From: Octopus sinensis
Taxonomy: Eukaryota
Assembly: GCF_006345805.1 (NCBI RefSeq)
Contig: NC_043022.1
Span: 372,001-436,000, forward strand
Length of the DNA: 64,000 nt
Reading direction: 5' to 3'
The position numbers were made by a program, and so were the translations under genes. A model generated the notes under the pieces. It searched no databases, had not been told where the DNA came from, and worked only from the letters and a program-made list of their open reading frames with translations. Positions 24,706-38,800 of this stretch are shown here, piece by piece; the stretch's first letter is position 1; each line of letters begins with the position of its first letter.

Positions 24706-25772
24706 ATAAGTAGTAGTAGTAGTAGTAGTAAGTACCAATCCAAAAACACACAGCAACAACTCCAATGGAAACAGCATTAGGCAACAACAGATACACCCAT
24801 ACACCCAATTTGTCTGTGAGTAGGTTTTAAGTACCAACACATACACACAACTCCACTCTAGAATATCATTAAAGAACAATACACACACAAGCACATTCTC
24901 ACGGTCCCTCTTCACCCATCAATCATCCACACATGCTCTTCAGTTTGTTTAAAGGGCATCACAGCTAGATTTACACAGGAGCACCACACAGAGCTATTGT
25001 AGTCACCTAGAGGTTTCCTTCAGTTATTGGTCAATGTCTCTAGGTCAGGGATGGTGAACTTTTTAGTACCAAGGGTGAATTGCAAGTTCATAAGAATCTG
25101 TGGGGTACATCTGTGTTGAGAAAAATAATCAAATCGTTAAATTAGGCAAATTAATAAATGTATAGACAAAACGGAATGAGCAGAACAAGAGGAGACATGA
25201 GAAAGAGTCATGGAAGAAAGAGGTGATGGAAGAAAGAGGTGATGGGACGTGTGACGAAAGAGCTTTGACAAAGAAACTAAAATAAGAAGAAGAAGAAAGC
25301 TGAAGTGAAGACCAAATATACAGTGCATGTGTTTAATTGGCAAATTATGGCCATCACCCCCAAATATAACAATATCTGTTTCATCACACAATTTCACACA
25401 AAGAATCTTGCAAAACAATTATATAAACATAACGAATATATTATTTGCATCAAACTGAATTACTTGGTTTTAAGGTTTATAGAGACATCCTCGATGGAAA
25501 GATTTCATGGATTTCCCTGTGTATGACTTGATCTTCAGGTACTACCCTCCCCCCTTCTAGAGGACTTTCCAGACTTAATGAGTTTCAATGGTGCTTGTGA
25601 ACAAAGCTGCACCCAAGGACAAAGGGCTCCTCACCCCTGCTCTACACAAGAATTGAGCATATCATACAAGGATGATGACCAAACCCTGGACAAGACAACA
25701 AAGAAGTACGTCACATCCATTCTTTTTCTTTTGCTGCTGCTAAGGAGATCAATGAAGTAGAAACTCAGTTAA

Positions 25773-25973
25773 ACTTTTAGCATTTAAACCAGCAATATCC
25801 AGCCCAAATACTCTATCCATTTTGTGTTCAAACTGGCCAGATCCAGCCCCAATATAACCTACCCTATAACATCATTCTAAAACCAAACAATCAAATCATT
25901 GAAATTTTGAAGCTAAAAGATAATGTTAAAAAATAAACATTACGTTTGACAGAATAATCTGAATGCTAAAGGG
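25773..25973. mobile_element. piggyBac-type MITE
   Basis: ttaa|acttttagcatt ... aatgctaaaggg|ttaa. A related decayed copy lies at about 14900-15080. Confidence 0.6.
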
Positions 25974-26883
25974 TTAAATCTTTGAATATATTTTTTTAGA
26001 AGAATTAGTTTTGTACTTTTCCACCAGATTTCCAAAGACGGATATTGCAAGCAAAAGGTGTCAACAACCATCTCAACCAACCGACAAGTACAGAAGAAGA
26101 CTATATTAGAAATGAGTGGTAGCAACACCCAAATCAGGAAATGCTGAAAGCATTTCTACTAACAGATGTTTCCATGTGTAAATAGTTGCTCAAGTCTGAT
26201 ATAATTACAAACAGAAGCTCATTATGAAAAAAAAAAAAATTAAAAACCCCTCCGAAGTAGAATGACCTGAATTTGCTGTCTGTTTACAAAGCCATGTTTT
26301 TGAAATGAAAACTGCAGCTTGCTCCCACCCAGTCCATACTGAAGTGGGGTGCAAGGGTGCATGATGCTTGAGGTTGAAGAGAAGAAGGAGGAAAGGCAAT
26401 AATATTAGTTCTGAACATAATAATAATAACAACAACAACAACAACCCAAAGCAATATGCATTCTTTGTTAGTGACATTGGGTTACCAGAGATAAATGAAA
26501 GTCGTATTATTGAAAGCTGAAATAAACTGGAATTACTGGAGCAGAGAGTATTTGCCAATTAACGAAAACGATGCATAAATTGCAGACGCTTTACATCAAG
26601 TTTGTCTGTAGGTGTGTATATGAACATATATATGCATGTATATATAGCACCTATTGAATATGTATGTATGTACATACGTATATGTATGTAGTATGTGTGC
26701 ACATATGTAAGTCTATAAATATATGTATTACATGTTTGCGTGTATGTATGTAGACATGCATGTATATCTGAGAATGATATTTCCTGAAGATAAATGAAAC
26801 CATTCCAATACAAGAATCAGTGAATAGATTGAAGAAAACAGGAACTGTCAGCTACTATGTCTCATTCAGTTTGCCAATGCCTG

Positions 26884-26916
<33 letters not shown>

Positions 26917-27404
26917 ACACACACACACCACACACACACACACGCATGCATACACACACGTCTCAATGAAGAAACCTAACTATGACAATTACTGCCCGAG
27001 AATTGAAGACAATAATTGTTATAAACACTTCTTCAAGGACAAACACATTTGAGAATCATTACAAGTGGAAGCAGAGTTGAAATTTGCCCTACTTTTTTTT
27101 CTTTTTTCAAGGAAGCTGTTTAAAAAAAAATCTACAAAACAACTTTATAAAGCTTAATGACAGTCATTGAAAACGAACAGAATTCCCCAAATAGGAGCTC
27201 AATTTCTCAGAACTAACAGCCTAATCTTCCTCAATATAAAGCTTTCTAGTATACACTGAATCATGGAGTCCTAGACATATTCATCTTCATCACTGTTTTG
27301 ACATCCACTTTTCCATGCTTGCACGGGTCAGACAGAATTTGGTTAAGGCGGATTTTCTACAGCCGGATGCCCTTCCTGTTGCTAACCCTCACCTATGTCC
27401 GAGT

Positions 27405-27807
27405 AACTCTTTACTCTCTTTTACTTGTTTCAGCCATTTGACTGTGGCCATGCTGGAGCACCGCCTTTAATCGAGCAACTCGACCCCGGGACTTATTCTT
27501 TTGTAAGCCCAGTACTTATTCTATCGGTCTCTTTTGCCAAACTGCTAAGTAACGGGAACATAAACACACCAGCATCGGTTTTCAAGCAATGCTAGGGGGA
27601 CAAACACAGACACACAAACATATACACACACATATATATATATACATATATACGACGGGCTTCTTTCAGTTTCCGTCTACCAAATCCACTCACAAGGCTT
27701 TGGTCAGCCCGAGGCTATAGTGGAAGACACTTGCCCAAGGTGCCACGCAGTAGGACTGAAACTGGAACCATGTGGTTGGTAAACAAGCTACTTATCACAC
27801 AGCCACA
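27405..27807 (-). mobile_element. SINE family A, near full length
   Basis: Reverse complement of 11691-12090. Confidence 0.88.
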
Positions 27808-29254
27808 AGTTTGTTGAAGAAAAAGAAAAAAGGGAGGGAGGTGATCAGGGATGCAACACTTTTGATTACAGGTCTGGTGGATCATGGGGTTACTTGGGGC
27901 AAAACAGGGCACAGCCATAGCTGACAGGTTAAAAAGTTCCCTCTAAAATGACCGGACCCCCTCACTATTAGTAGTTTATACTTAAATACTATGTATATTA
28001 AAAGATATTTATCTCTCACTGGATGGAGTACTTTTTTGTTGATCCAACTACTAACAGAACAGTAACTATATAATACTGGAGTGGTTGGTGTTAGGAAGGG
28101 CATCCAGGCTTTGAAACCATACCAAATTAAACTGGAACCCAGTGCAGCTCTCCAGTTTAGCAGTTCCAGTCAATCTATCTAACCCATGCCAGCATGGAAA
28201 GCAGACGTAAATGATGATGATGAGGAGGAGGATCCCCAGCAGATCTTTATGTGCTTACAATCTGAGTTGTCCTTGGTACTTTAAAAGGTTCCACACCCAC
28301 CCTGTTTTAGACAATGAACTCAATTTGTATTGTTACACCATATGTTACCCAGTTTCACAGATTGAGGACATTGTACCTCTAATATTCATTGTATTCTATT
28401 GAAATCACAGAGAAATGTTCTTTTTTCTCTTTTTTTTTTTAATTATTTCTTCCTCACACATATTGGATTTCAGTTTCAGGCCAAGATACAACAGAGGTTT
28501 TCTATTGAAACATTAAAATTTTTCAAAAATTCTACTGTTTAGTCCCATTTGCCACAAAAATTAGCAAAAGGGTTAACAATCCTGTTTATAAGAGTGTCAC
28601 GTGTATACAAGTAATTGAATGGTAGGTAAATGCTTATTAGACAAGCTTTTTTATAGCATGATATAACAGAGAGAATTCCTTTTATCCAAAGTCCACCACA
28701 CACAACCTAAAAACTTGCAGGTATGTCACTAGTGTTACGCATAATTATTATTGGTCCACCATTCCTGCTTTAGTGCTTGCTGCAAGTTTGTGGATTTAAG
28801 TGTTTGGTGTAAGGATCATTCTCGTCTTTCATCCACTCAGTCTTGAAGACTCTAACAAAAGTCAGGGGTGCCAAACTCCCCCTTTTTCCTAAATAAGCAT
28901 TTGAAAAACAAATCCAGGACTTCTTTGTCCCAGATGTATTCATGCAATGCTTTCCACGCAGCAACCCATAAGTTGAGTTTTCTTTCAGCCTTTGACCCCA
29001 AAACTGTTCTACATCTCATTAGGCTTCATAGTAAATTAAATAAATGAATAAAATTCAAAATATCTCAGTGATTTGACTGAATGAAGAATTCCTTCAACAG
29101 GAAGACATGTCTCTGCGACCGCTGCTATGTAGCTTTGGAACAACAAGCTCTCCTTTAGAAAACATTTGCTGAGACACCAGGACAGAGGAAAATGTTACCA
29201 TTTGTAAAACGCAAATCATCATCATCGTCGTTTAACTATCAATAATAATTTTAA

Positions 29255-30020
29255 TCTTCTCTACTCTAGGCACAAGGCCTGAAATTTTGTGGGTGGGAAG
29301 CTAGTCAGTCACATTGACCCCAGTGCACAACTGGTACTTATTTCATCAAACCCGTAAAGATGAAAGACAAAATGCTGCTAAGTATTTTGTGTGGTATGAT
29401 AACAATTCTGCCAGCTTTCCACCTTCATCATGATAATAATAATAATAATATTTTAAAAAAGGATTGACATAACTCTACACAAAGGTAAACAGTGAAGACG
29501 AAGAGCGCAATTTGATTGTAAGATATTTTATTAGTTGAACGATATAATAATAATAATAATAATAGTTTCAAATTTTGGCACAAGGCCAGGAATTTGGGGG
29601 AAGGTCAATTACATCAATCCCAGAGTTCAACTGGTACTTACTTGATTGACTCCCGAAAGGAAGAAAGGCAAAGTCAACCTGTGGAATTTGAACTCAGAAT
29701 ATGAAGGCAGACAAAATACCAGTAAGCATTTCGCTGGCATGCTAAAGATTCTGCCAGCTCACTGCCTTAATAATAATAATAATAATAATAATTCTTTCTA
29801 ATTTAAGCACAAGGCCAGCAATTTTAAGATGAAGAGCAAATTGACTACATTAATCCAGCTTTTGACTGGTATTTATCAATCTCAAAAGGATCCTGAAGGT
29901 TAACAGACAAAGTTGATCTCAGCAGGATTTTGAGCACAGAATGTTTAAACAACCAAAAGAAATACATCTAAGCATTTTTGCCCAATATGCTAATCATTCT
30001 GCCAGATTGCTGACTTAATA
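29255..30020 (-). mobile_element. Three co-oriented SINE family B copies separated by (AAT)n
   Basis: Repeated cacaaggcc...ctggtact...gattctgccag blocks. Confidence 0.8.
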
Positions 30021-31873
30021 ACATTAATAATTTAATATGAACTAAATTAGTTTGCGATGATGGGAGAGAAAAACCTAACATTTTCCATACAACCTTTACA
30101 GCAAACTAATTTACTACGCCAAATGAACTTTTCCTGCTTACCATTTAATTATTTACTGACATAGAATATCAGCAATTTCTTTGGATTCTATGGTTTCATA
30201 TAAATAAAAACATATTGTTTTTAGCTTACTGGGTCAGTATGTGAATATGGAAGAGTGCCAGCAGCTCATAGATCCCAGATTGAAACCTACTGTAGGATTT
30301 TCTTTCTATATATATATGGGTAACTCTACCACCTTCCTATATGTTGCCTTAGTTTGATAAGAAACAGTTGAGAATGTTATCTACAACAGACTAACAGCTT
30401 ATCCGGGCAAAGATCTATCTTTTTGCAACTGTCATGAGATTGAAGCATTGGCCATTAGAAAACACCCTTTTACCCGTAGAGCTTTGGAAATATTTATATA
30501 ATTGTATTTTATTCCTTACTCTCGGTTTTGGCAGAAGTAAGCAGCCAAAGTTTTCGTATCAAGTTAGACTAATTAATCTAGCACAGTAAAGTTTCTAATA
30601 ATAACTTACAAGCCATCACCAGAAGTAATAAATAAAATTATATATACATATATATATACACAAAACTACACACACACACACATATATATGTGTGTGTGTG
30701 TATTATGCCTTCAGAATAAGGAACAAGATAAGGAATAAACTGGTACCATATACAACAACTAAGCCTGTTATCTAAACAAACACACAAAACTCCATAATCT
30801 AGAAAAACATAATTCTTGAACATTAACCAGACATATCTTCCACACTGGTTAGCTTCTTCCATCTCCAACACCACCACCAGCACCACCCTCTGAAAGTTCT
30901 CTTCTCCAGTTCTATTCCATTCCCCCACCCCCACCAGCACTTTCTTGAAACCTTCCTTTCCCAATCTAGTCCCCACCACCACTACAAAAGTCTGCAACAT
31001 GGAACTATTCATTTCCAAGTTAATGAGAGATCCTCCACTTGGTCTCATAACCTAAGAAATTTCCCTCAAGTCATTTCCTACTTCTTATTGCCGTAACCTT
31101 TTGCCTGTCCTGTGTATCACATTTGACACACGGGACGTATTTCCTTGGAGTCCATACATCGGACATGATACACATAACCAATGTTTTTCAACCTCCAGAG
31201 TTAACTTAGGGCTTATGAAAGGAAAGATTTACGTTACTCAGAACATATGAAAAAGGGGATAACTAAGGGGCTGGAAGAAGCATGGATGCTTTGGAGAAAA
31301 TCATGGAAATGGCTTGGGCAAGCAAAGGGTTAAATAAAGATACATTGAATAATAAAATAATCATTGATACATAAAATATGACAAGATGGACATGGTTGGA
31401 AAACCTTTGACAATAGACCTGCTCAACTAGGTTTGTCTCATTAACAACAACACTAGTTCAATCCCTATTCCCCCACCCACAGTATTCACTTCTACCCCAA
31501 CTACTGAAATAGTTTGCACTTGTAGATATAGGTCAGATGTTTCTGAAGTACTTTGACCTCAATAGTCTCACCAGTCTGGGTGGGGTGGACCAAAGGAAAA
31601 GTGAGAAATCAGGGGCACTGCACCCTCTCCTCAACTTCGATAACTTACCAAAAATATAAAATATTGGCTAGTTTTTGTAGGATAAGTAACCCCTTTAGCA
31701 TCCAAATTATTCTGTCAAATGGAATGCTTATTTGTGTGGTTAAATTTTTGAAGTGACCAGTGGTCACAGGAGAGTGCAAAAATGGCCAGTATGAGTGTGC
31801 ATGCATGTGGTATGTGTGGTAGCATGCATCCATACATCCGTTGGCGATTTTTTCCTCCGTCTTCCCTTCCTAT

Positions 31874-31908
31874 GTTTCCGATGAAGAGCTCCGCTTGAAA
31901 CGTTAAAT
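31874..31908 (+). ncRNA. Minimal hammerhead-like motif in a Penelope-like 3' end (about 31840-32012, followed by (TA)n)
   Basis: GTTT-CCGATGA-A-GAGC-TCC-GCTT-GAA-ACGT-T-AAAT, with palindromic ACGT as stem III. Confidence 0.6.
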
Positions 31909-32160
31909 CCTCCTTCTTCCCTTCCTTCCTGAGCGTCCAATAATACTATATTTGTTCCACGTCCTCGCGTTGTTGTGTTTTCTCTTTGTGTTTTCATGTT
32001 TGGATTAACTTTATATATATATATATAGATAGATATATATATATACACACACACACATGGTCTTTTGTTGTTTTTTTTTTGTAAATTCCAAGTATATGTA
32101 TGTATGTATATATACATGTATGTATGTATGTATGTGTATATATATATATATATATATATC

Positions 32161-33071
32161 AGTATAAAGATGATAAGAAATGGAGCAATAAATAACAGTG
32201 AGAAGTGGATCGTTGGTGTAATAAAATCATTCTTTAATGTAAGATGTGTGTATGTTTACAGCTGTTTCGTTATATCAAGCTGGGGTAAATTTGCATTTAC
32301 TTTGTTGCAATTGATAGACATCATCGGAACAATTATATGGCAAAGATAAATTAGAAAGAAAATAGAGGGAAAATGGAAGGAAAAATGTTTGTGAGGTCCA
32401 TAATTCAATGTAACAGTTGGAGGATAGAAGAGAAGAGAGTTAATTAAATCCATGGTCTTATAATTAGTTAGTTTCATAATTCCATAGGTTTGCACTCTTT
32501 AACCCTTTCTATTGTTCCTTGACTTTAGCCCTTTTACTAAATATATCACACATATTCTAAAAAATAATAACTTTAGCCTTACACTATGGCTTCCATTGAA
32601 AATACAGGAACTAACTTATAAGTTATAAATTAGTGTCACATAGGTCCAAATAGCTACACCAGATGTCCCCTCAGCTTACACCGGTGGTTAACTATCCATC
32701 AGTACCAGATGTTAGAATCTATGGACGCCTGCAATTAAGAAACTAACTAATTATAAGACCATGGATTTAACTAACTCTCTTCTCTTCTATCTTCCAACTG
32801 ATACATATTATATATATGTGTGTGTGTGTGTGTGTATACACATATGTATATATACATACATATGTGTGTGTATGTATGTATATATATATTAAGGTATGTA
32901 GAAAAATACAACATGGACAAGAACGTATAACTCTTAGAAGACGACACAATAAACAAGGACAGGACATTCGAACCCCTCAGTCTTCAGTCAAGAACCGGAT
33001 CATCGTAGTAATTTCGGCTGATTATACATATATATTTACATATACACATATACACATACATATATAGACAT

Positions 33072-33102
<31 letters not shown>

Positions 33103-33181
33103 CATACACATATACACATACATATATAGACATATACATACATATATATATACATACACATATACACATACATATATAGAC

Positions 33182-33217
<36 letters not shown>

Positions 33218-34110
33218 ATATCAGTATAAAGATGATAAGAAATGGAGCAATAAATAACAGTGAGAAGTGGATCGTTGGTGTAATAAAATCATTCTTTAAT
33301 GTAAGATGTGTGTATGTTTACAGCTGTTTCGTTATATCAAGCTGGGGTAAATTTGCATTTACTTTGTTGCAATTGATAGACATCATCGGAACAATTATAT
33401 GGCAAAGATAAATTAGAAAGAAAATAGAGGGAAAATGGAAGGAAAAATGTTTGTGAGGTCCATAATTCAATGTAACAGTTGGAGGATAGAAGAGAAGAGA
33501 GTTAATTAAATCCATGGTCTTATAATTAGTTAGTTTCATAATTCCATAGGTTTGCACTCTTTAACCCTTTCTATTGTTCCTTGACTTTAGCCCTTTTACT
33601 AAATATATCACACATATTCTAAAAAATAATAACTTTAGCCTTACACTATGGCTTCCATTGAAAATACAGGAACTAACTTATAAGTTATAAATTAGTGTCA
33701 CATAGGTCCAAATAGCTACACCAGATGTCCCCTCAGCTTACACCGGTGGTTAACTATCCATCAGTACCAGATGTTAGAATCTATGGACGCCTGCAATTAA
33801 GAAACTAACTAATTATAAGACCATGGATTTAACTAACTCTCTTCTCTTCTATCTTCCAACTGATACATATTATATATATATACATACATATGTGTGTGTA
33901 TGTATGTATATATACATACATATATATATACATACATATGTGTGTGTATGTATGTATATATATATTAAGGTATGTAGAAAAATACAACATGGACAAGAAC
34001 GTATAACTCTTAGAAGACGACACAATAAACAAGGACAGGACATTCGAACCCCTCAGTCTTCAGTCAAGAACCGGATCATCGTAGTAATTTCGGCTGATTA
34101 TACATATATA
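32161..34110. repeat. Tandem duplication, period 1062 bp, of a TA-embedded composite element
   Basis: 32161-33030 recurs at 33222-34110. Identical ORF translations at 32256 and 33318. Confidence 0.92.
32253..32331 (-). ncRNA. Type I hammerhead-like motif with long stem II (duplicate at 33315-33393)
   Basis: Minus strand reads TGTT-CCGATGA-T-GTCTATCAA...TTGATATAAC-GAA-ACAGCTGT-A-AACA. Confidence 0.6.
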
Positions 34111-36769
34111 TTTACATATACACATATACACATACATATATAGACATATACATACATATATATATATATACATAAATACATACATATATATATACATACA
34201 CATATATACATACATATATATATATATACACATATATACATACATATAAACACATATATACATACATATATATATATATACATGCATATATATACATGCA
34301 TTTATACATACATATATATACATACATGCAAACATACATATATATGCCTCTGTACATGTGTTTGCATGTATTAACCTATATAACCCTAATTAAATGATTA
34401 AATGTTTATAAGTATTCTTTTGACAGTTTTATTTATTTTACCCCCACCCCATATATATATATATATGTATATATATAAGATAGGCTAGTAGGTCTTGATG
34501 ACCACATAAAATAATGCTGTGTTGTATACAGCTTGAATATCTATAAACTTGCCAAGTGTGGGAACCTTTATGTGGGTGATAGGATGTGCTAGAAAGAGAA
34601 GTGAAACAATGGATAATGTGGAGCTAGATATATTGCCTGAAGAAGGCAAAAAACAAAAACAAAACCGCCTTTGATTACAGGGTGTTTTGAGTGAAGCCTG
34701 GTCTGGTGCTAAACAATAATAACCATCACAAACCAGCAGATGGTGTCAGAATGTTTTGTTACCATAATTAGTAACAAAACATAAGTTGAGAACTGTCAAA
34801 AGTTGTTCAGGCTGATAGAAAGAAGGAGGGGCAGGATAGTAGGACAATGAGAGAGAGAGAGAGAGAGAGAGAAATGAGACAGAGTGTGTTGGAGTGAGTA
34901 AGAGAAAGACAAGAGGCAGATAAAGAATGAGAGAGGAAGTGTATGTGAGGTAGAGTGTGTGTGTGTGTGTGTGCGAGTGTAAAGTTATGTGAATCAGAGA
35001 GTGCATGAGAGAGAGAGAGAGAGAGAGAGCACGTGAAAATGTATGAGAGTGTGAAAGAGTGTATGAGAGAGAAAGGATGAAAATGTATGAGAATGTGTTA
35101 CAATGTGTGTGTGTAGGTGTTGTTAGAGAAGAGAGGATAGATAGAGAGATATTACTCTGTATATAAATATAGAACAGTCAGTGAGTAAACACAAGTACAA
35201 AGCAGGGCGTGCCTTTGCTTGAATGAAGGTATTAGAGAAACAAAAATGAAAAAAATAATAATAATAATAAAGAGAAGAAAAAGTAATTATAAAATGTTTC
35301 CTTTATTGTTGCAAGGACAAAAGGAGGAATAAAAACAATTCACTGAGATTTTAAAATTTGAACCCCCAGATTCATTTTCGTTATTAAAACACCCCAGGAG
35401 GGGAAAGGGGCTCTTTATAATCACTTGACCTTCAAGGTATAACAACCAAATCATACCCTGTAGTTTAAAAAAAATATTGATGAGATAATACAGTCCTTCA
35501 AAGCCCTAGAGAAAGGCAGGGCAGCCATGTCTGGAAGGTATTTCAATCATAGGTTTTGCTAAATCTATGGTGACCTGGGATGAAATAACTTGAGACTTTC
35601 AATGTGGTCACTTCCTGGCTGCTAGAAACAGCAGCCAAATGTTGTAATGAATCCCATCCCATCAGGTAAAACACAGAAAGACACAACAGATTTTAAAGCC
35701 CTCGATAAGGTTGAAATGTTCCTCTGGCCATAGGTTTCCTAAATCACTTGACCAGAGAACAACCAGCACAACGAAGGAGCCTGTATGTGGTCACCTGGCC
35801 TGCTAGAAATAGAAGCCAACTCCCCTCACCCCTCTACATGACCACTCATTACACAGTACTAAATTAGAAGGGACACATTAGATAAAGCAGTCCCTGATAT
35901 ACAAAATGTCCAGATGAACATGGCTGAAACAAACTAGGTTTACTTGGTCACAGCTGACCTTCGGCTAAAAAACAACAACATGTATTTGCATACGTGGATG
36001 TAATTTTAAGAAGAGATCATATCGACTGGGGTGGTAGAAGTATGACAAGGAAATTAGAGAGGTTAGTGCAAGCTGTTGGTGCTACTGTCATCACCTCTGA
36101 TCTAGCAGTAGGTCTACAAAGACATTCCAGTTATGGCCATCCCATTCCATTATTTTTTCTCTTATTTTTAAAAAATAGCGTACATTTAATGTGGCTTTTT
36201 TTGTTTTTTTTAAAGATATTAATGAATGTTTCGAAGCAGATTTTACCTGATATTTCAAATAAAGTACAAAACAAGTTTCTAAAGTATTCGTGACCTTGTC
36301 ACTCAATCTACCCGTGTTATATAACACCCTTATTGTGTGAAAACCGAATGTTTAATGTCAGTCACGTTTTTTTTTTTAAATACAAAAACTATTGTAAGCA
36401 ATACTTAAGGGCAGTTCTTCCCAATTTAGGGGTTGCAAAGAAGAATACTGAGGGTCAAAGTTTTTGTGAGCTGAGTTCAAATTCAAAATTTATTGGTTAG
36501 ATTTGTCAATAAAACCTGGGAGTCTGTGAGGAAAATTAAATAATCTGGGATTCCTGGGTACTGAAAAGGTTGGGAGCCCCCCCCCCCCAAGAAAACACCA
36601 AATTAGGCATTTGTTCTCTATGTTCTTTTGTGATTGGTTAGAATGTAGGTAGAACCCTCATATGAAACAAAATAAGGGCATTAAAGACATGTGAAAGATT
36701 AATAAATATGATTTTCACAGAAGAAAATTAACAACATCAGTAATAAAGGCTTTTTTTTTAAATTCAGGT

Positions 36770-37156
36770 ACAAGACAAGGCCAGCAATTTTGAGGGGCAG
36801 GGTTAGTCAAAAGCAGTAACTTATTTTATCAACCCCAAAAGGATGAAAGCAAAGACTGACCTTGGTGAGATTTGAACTCAGAACAGAAAGAGCCCAAATA
36901 AATGCTAGAAGGCATTTTTGGGGATGCTTTACGGATTCTACCTGCTCCCTGGCTTTCGCTTCTGACTTAAGCAATTTTGAGGGTTGATTATATTAACTGC
37001 AGTACTTTACTAATACTTTATTTTTATTGACCCCCAGAGGAATGAAAAGTGAAGCTGAACTCAGTAGAATTTCAACTCAGAGTAAATGCTGTCAAGCATT
37101 TTGTTCAAAACTCTAACAAATATACCAATCTACTACTCTTATATTGATAAAAATAC

Positions 37157-37221
<65 letters not shown>

Positions 37222-38800
37222 GCCCTGATGCAATACCAGGCAGTGGCTCTCATGGCTTCTGATCTTAACTGATTGGAAGTGTTATCATGTACATTGTTTC
37301 ATCTTGGTATAAAAGATGGGCTACAGCAAATATTCTGCTCAATACCACAGATTTGCTTGTCAGTTGTTTGACCTTAACCAGTTGAGCATGTCCCTTAGTG
37401 GCTGACGATATGTGCATCTCTGATCACGAGCAGAAGTAGTGGGGGAGCATCATAGCCATGTGTTGAGAGGGATTCTTTGGGGTTTGAATAATTCACCTCT
37501 GGAAACATGGGTGGTTCTTTCAACATCCTTAAACAACCCTTATTCAGGGACCTTTTGAGCGGGATGGGCTATTCAATCTAAAGAAAATTCTAACTGGGCA
37601 CCACCTGCAAGTTCATGTGCTGTTTATTTTGATATGAGATCACCATGTCGCGCAAATATGGTTTTGATGCATGTGCCTGGTGTACCCTTATCAGACGGGT
37701 AGTCATGATGGGTATATTGGGCTTCGTATATTTTACCCCAGTGTCACTTTGATGGCATGAACTGCTCTCTCACTCAATAATAATAACAATAATAATAATA
37801 ATCCTTTCTAGAAGGGAGCTAGTCAATTACATTGACCCCAATGTTCAACTGGTACATATTTCAATGAGCCCGAAAGGATGAAAGGCAAAGTCGACCTCGG
37901 CAAAATTTGAGCAGAGAATGTAGCAACAGGTGAAATACCACTAAGCTTTCCATCCAGTGTGCTAACGATTCTGCCAGTTGGCCACCTTTATGACAATAAT
38001 AAATAATAATCCTTTCTGCTGAAGGCACAAGGCCTGAAATTTGGAGCAGGAGGATGGTCAATTACATCGACCCCAGTGTTTCACTGGTTCTTAATTTATT
38101 GACCCTGAAAGGATGAAAGGCAAAGTTGACCTCAGCAGAATTTGAACTCAGAACAAACAGACTGACAAAATGCCAATAGGCATTTTTCTCAGTGCAGTAA
38201 CCATTGTGCCACTTCACTGCCTTAAACAATAATAATAATAATGGTTTCGAATTTTGCCACAAGGGCAGCCATTTTGGTGGGGAGGGGACAAGTCGATTAC
38301 ATCAACCCGTGTTTCACTGGCACTTAGTTTATTGACCCCGAAAGGATGAAAGGCAAAGTCGACCTCAGCAGAATTTGAACTCAGAACATAGCAACAGGTG
38401 AAATACCTATTTCTTTATTACCCACAAGGGGCTGAACACAGAGAGGACAAACAAGGACAGATAAATGGATTAAGTCGATTATATCGACCCCAGTGTGTAA
38501 CTGGTACTTATTTAATCGACCCCGAAAGGATGAAAGGCAAAGTCGACCTCGGCAGAATTTGAACTCAGGACGTAGCGGCAGACGAAATACCATTAAGTAT
38601 TTCATCCAGCAAGCTAATAGCTCTTCCAGCTCACCACCTTAATATTAATAAGAATAATAACCCATTCTACTATAGACACAAGTCCTGAAATTTGGGGGGC
38701 AGGAGGTTAGTTGATTACATCAACCCAATTACTTTACTGGTACTTAATTTATTGACCCTGAAAGAATGAAAGTCAAAGTCGACCTCAAGATTTGAATTCA
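36770..38800 (-). mobile_element. Cluster of about 7 co-oriented SINE family B copies stacked in (AAT)n
   Basis: Repeated gaaaggatgaaaggcaaagtcgacctc...tttgaactcag blocks, all in one orientation. Confidence 0.85.
37220..37777. mobile_element. About 560-bp non-coding insertion within (AAT)n, possibly a 3' end of an R4/Dong-like LINE
   Basis: Sharp boundaries with (AAT)n on both sides and no ORF. The family assignment is inferred from the target only. Confidence 0.4.

Noticed and set aside
30310-30640. TA-flanked segment with EIEALAIRKHP and CTGGTGA...GAAA
   Set aside because: Possibly an old Penelope remnant, but the stems do not pair and the similarity is too weak to call.
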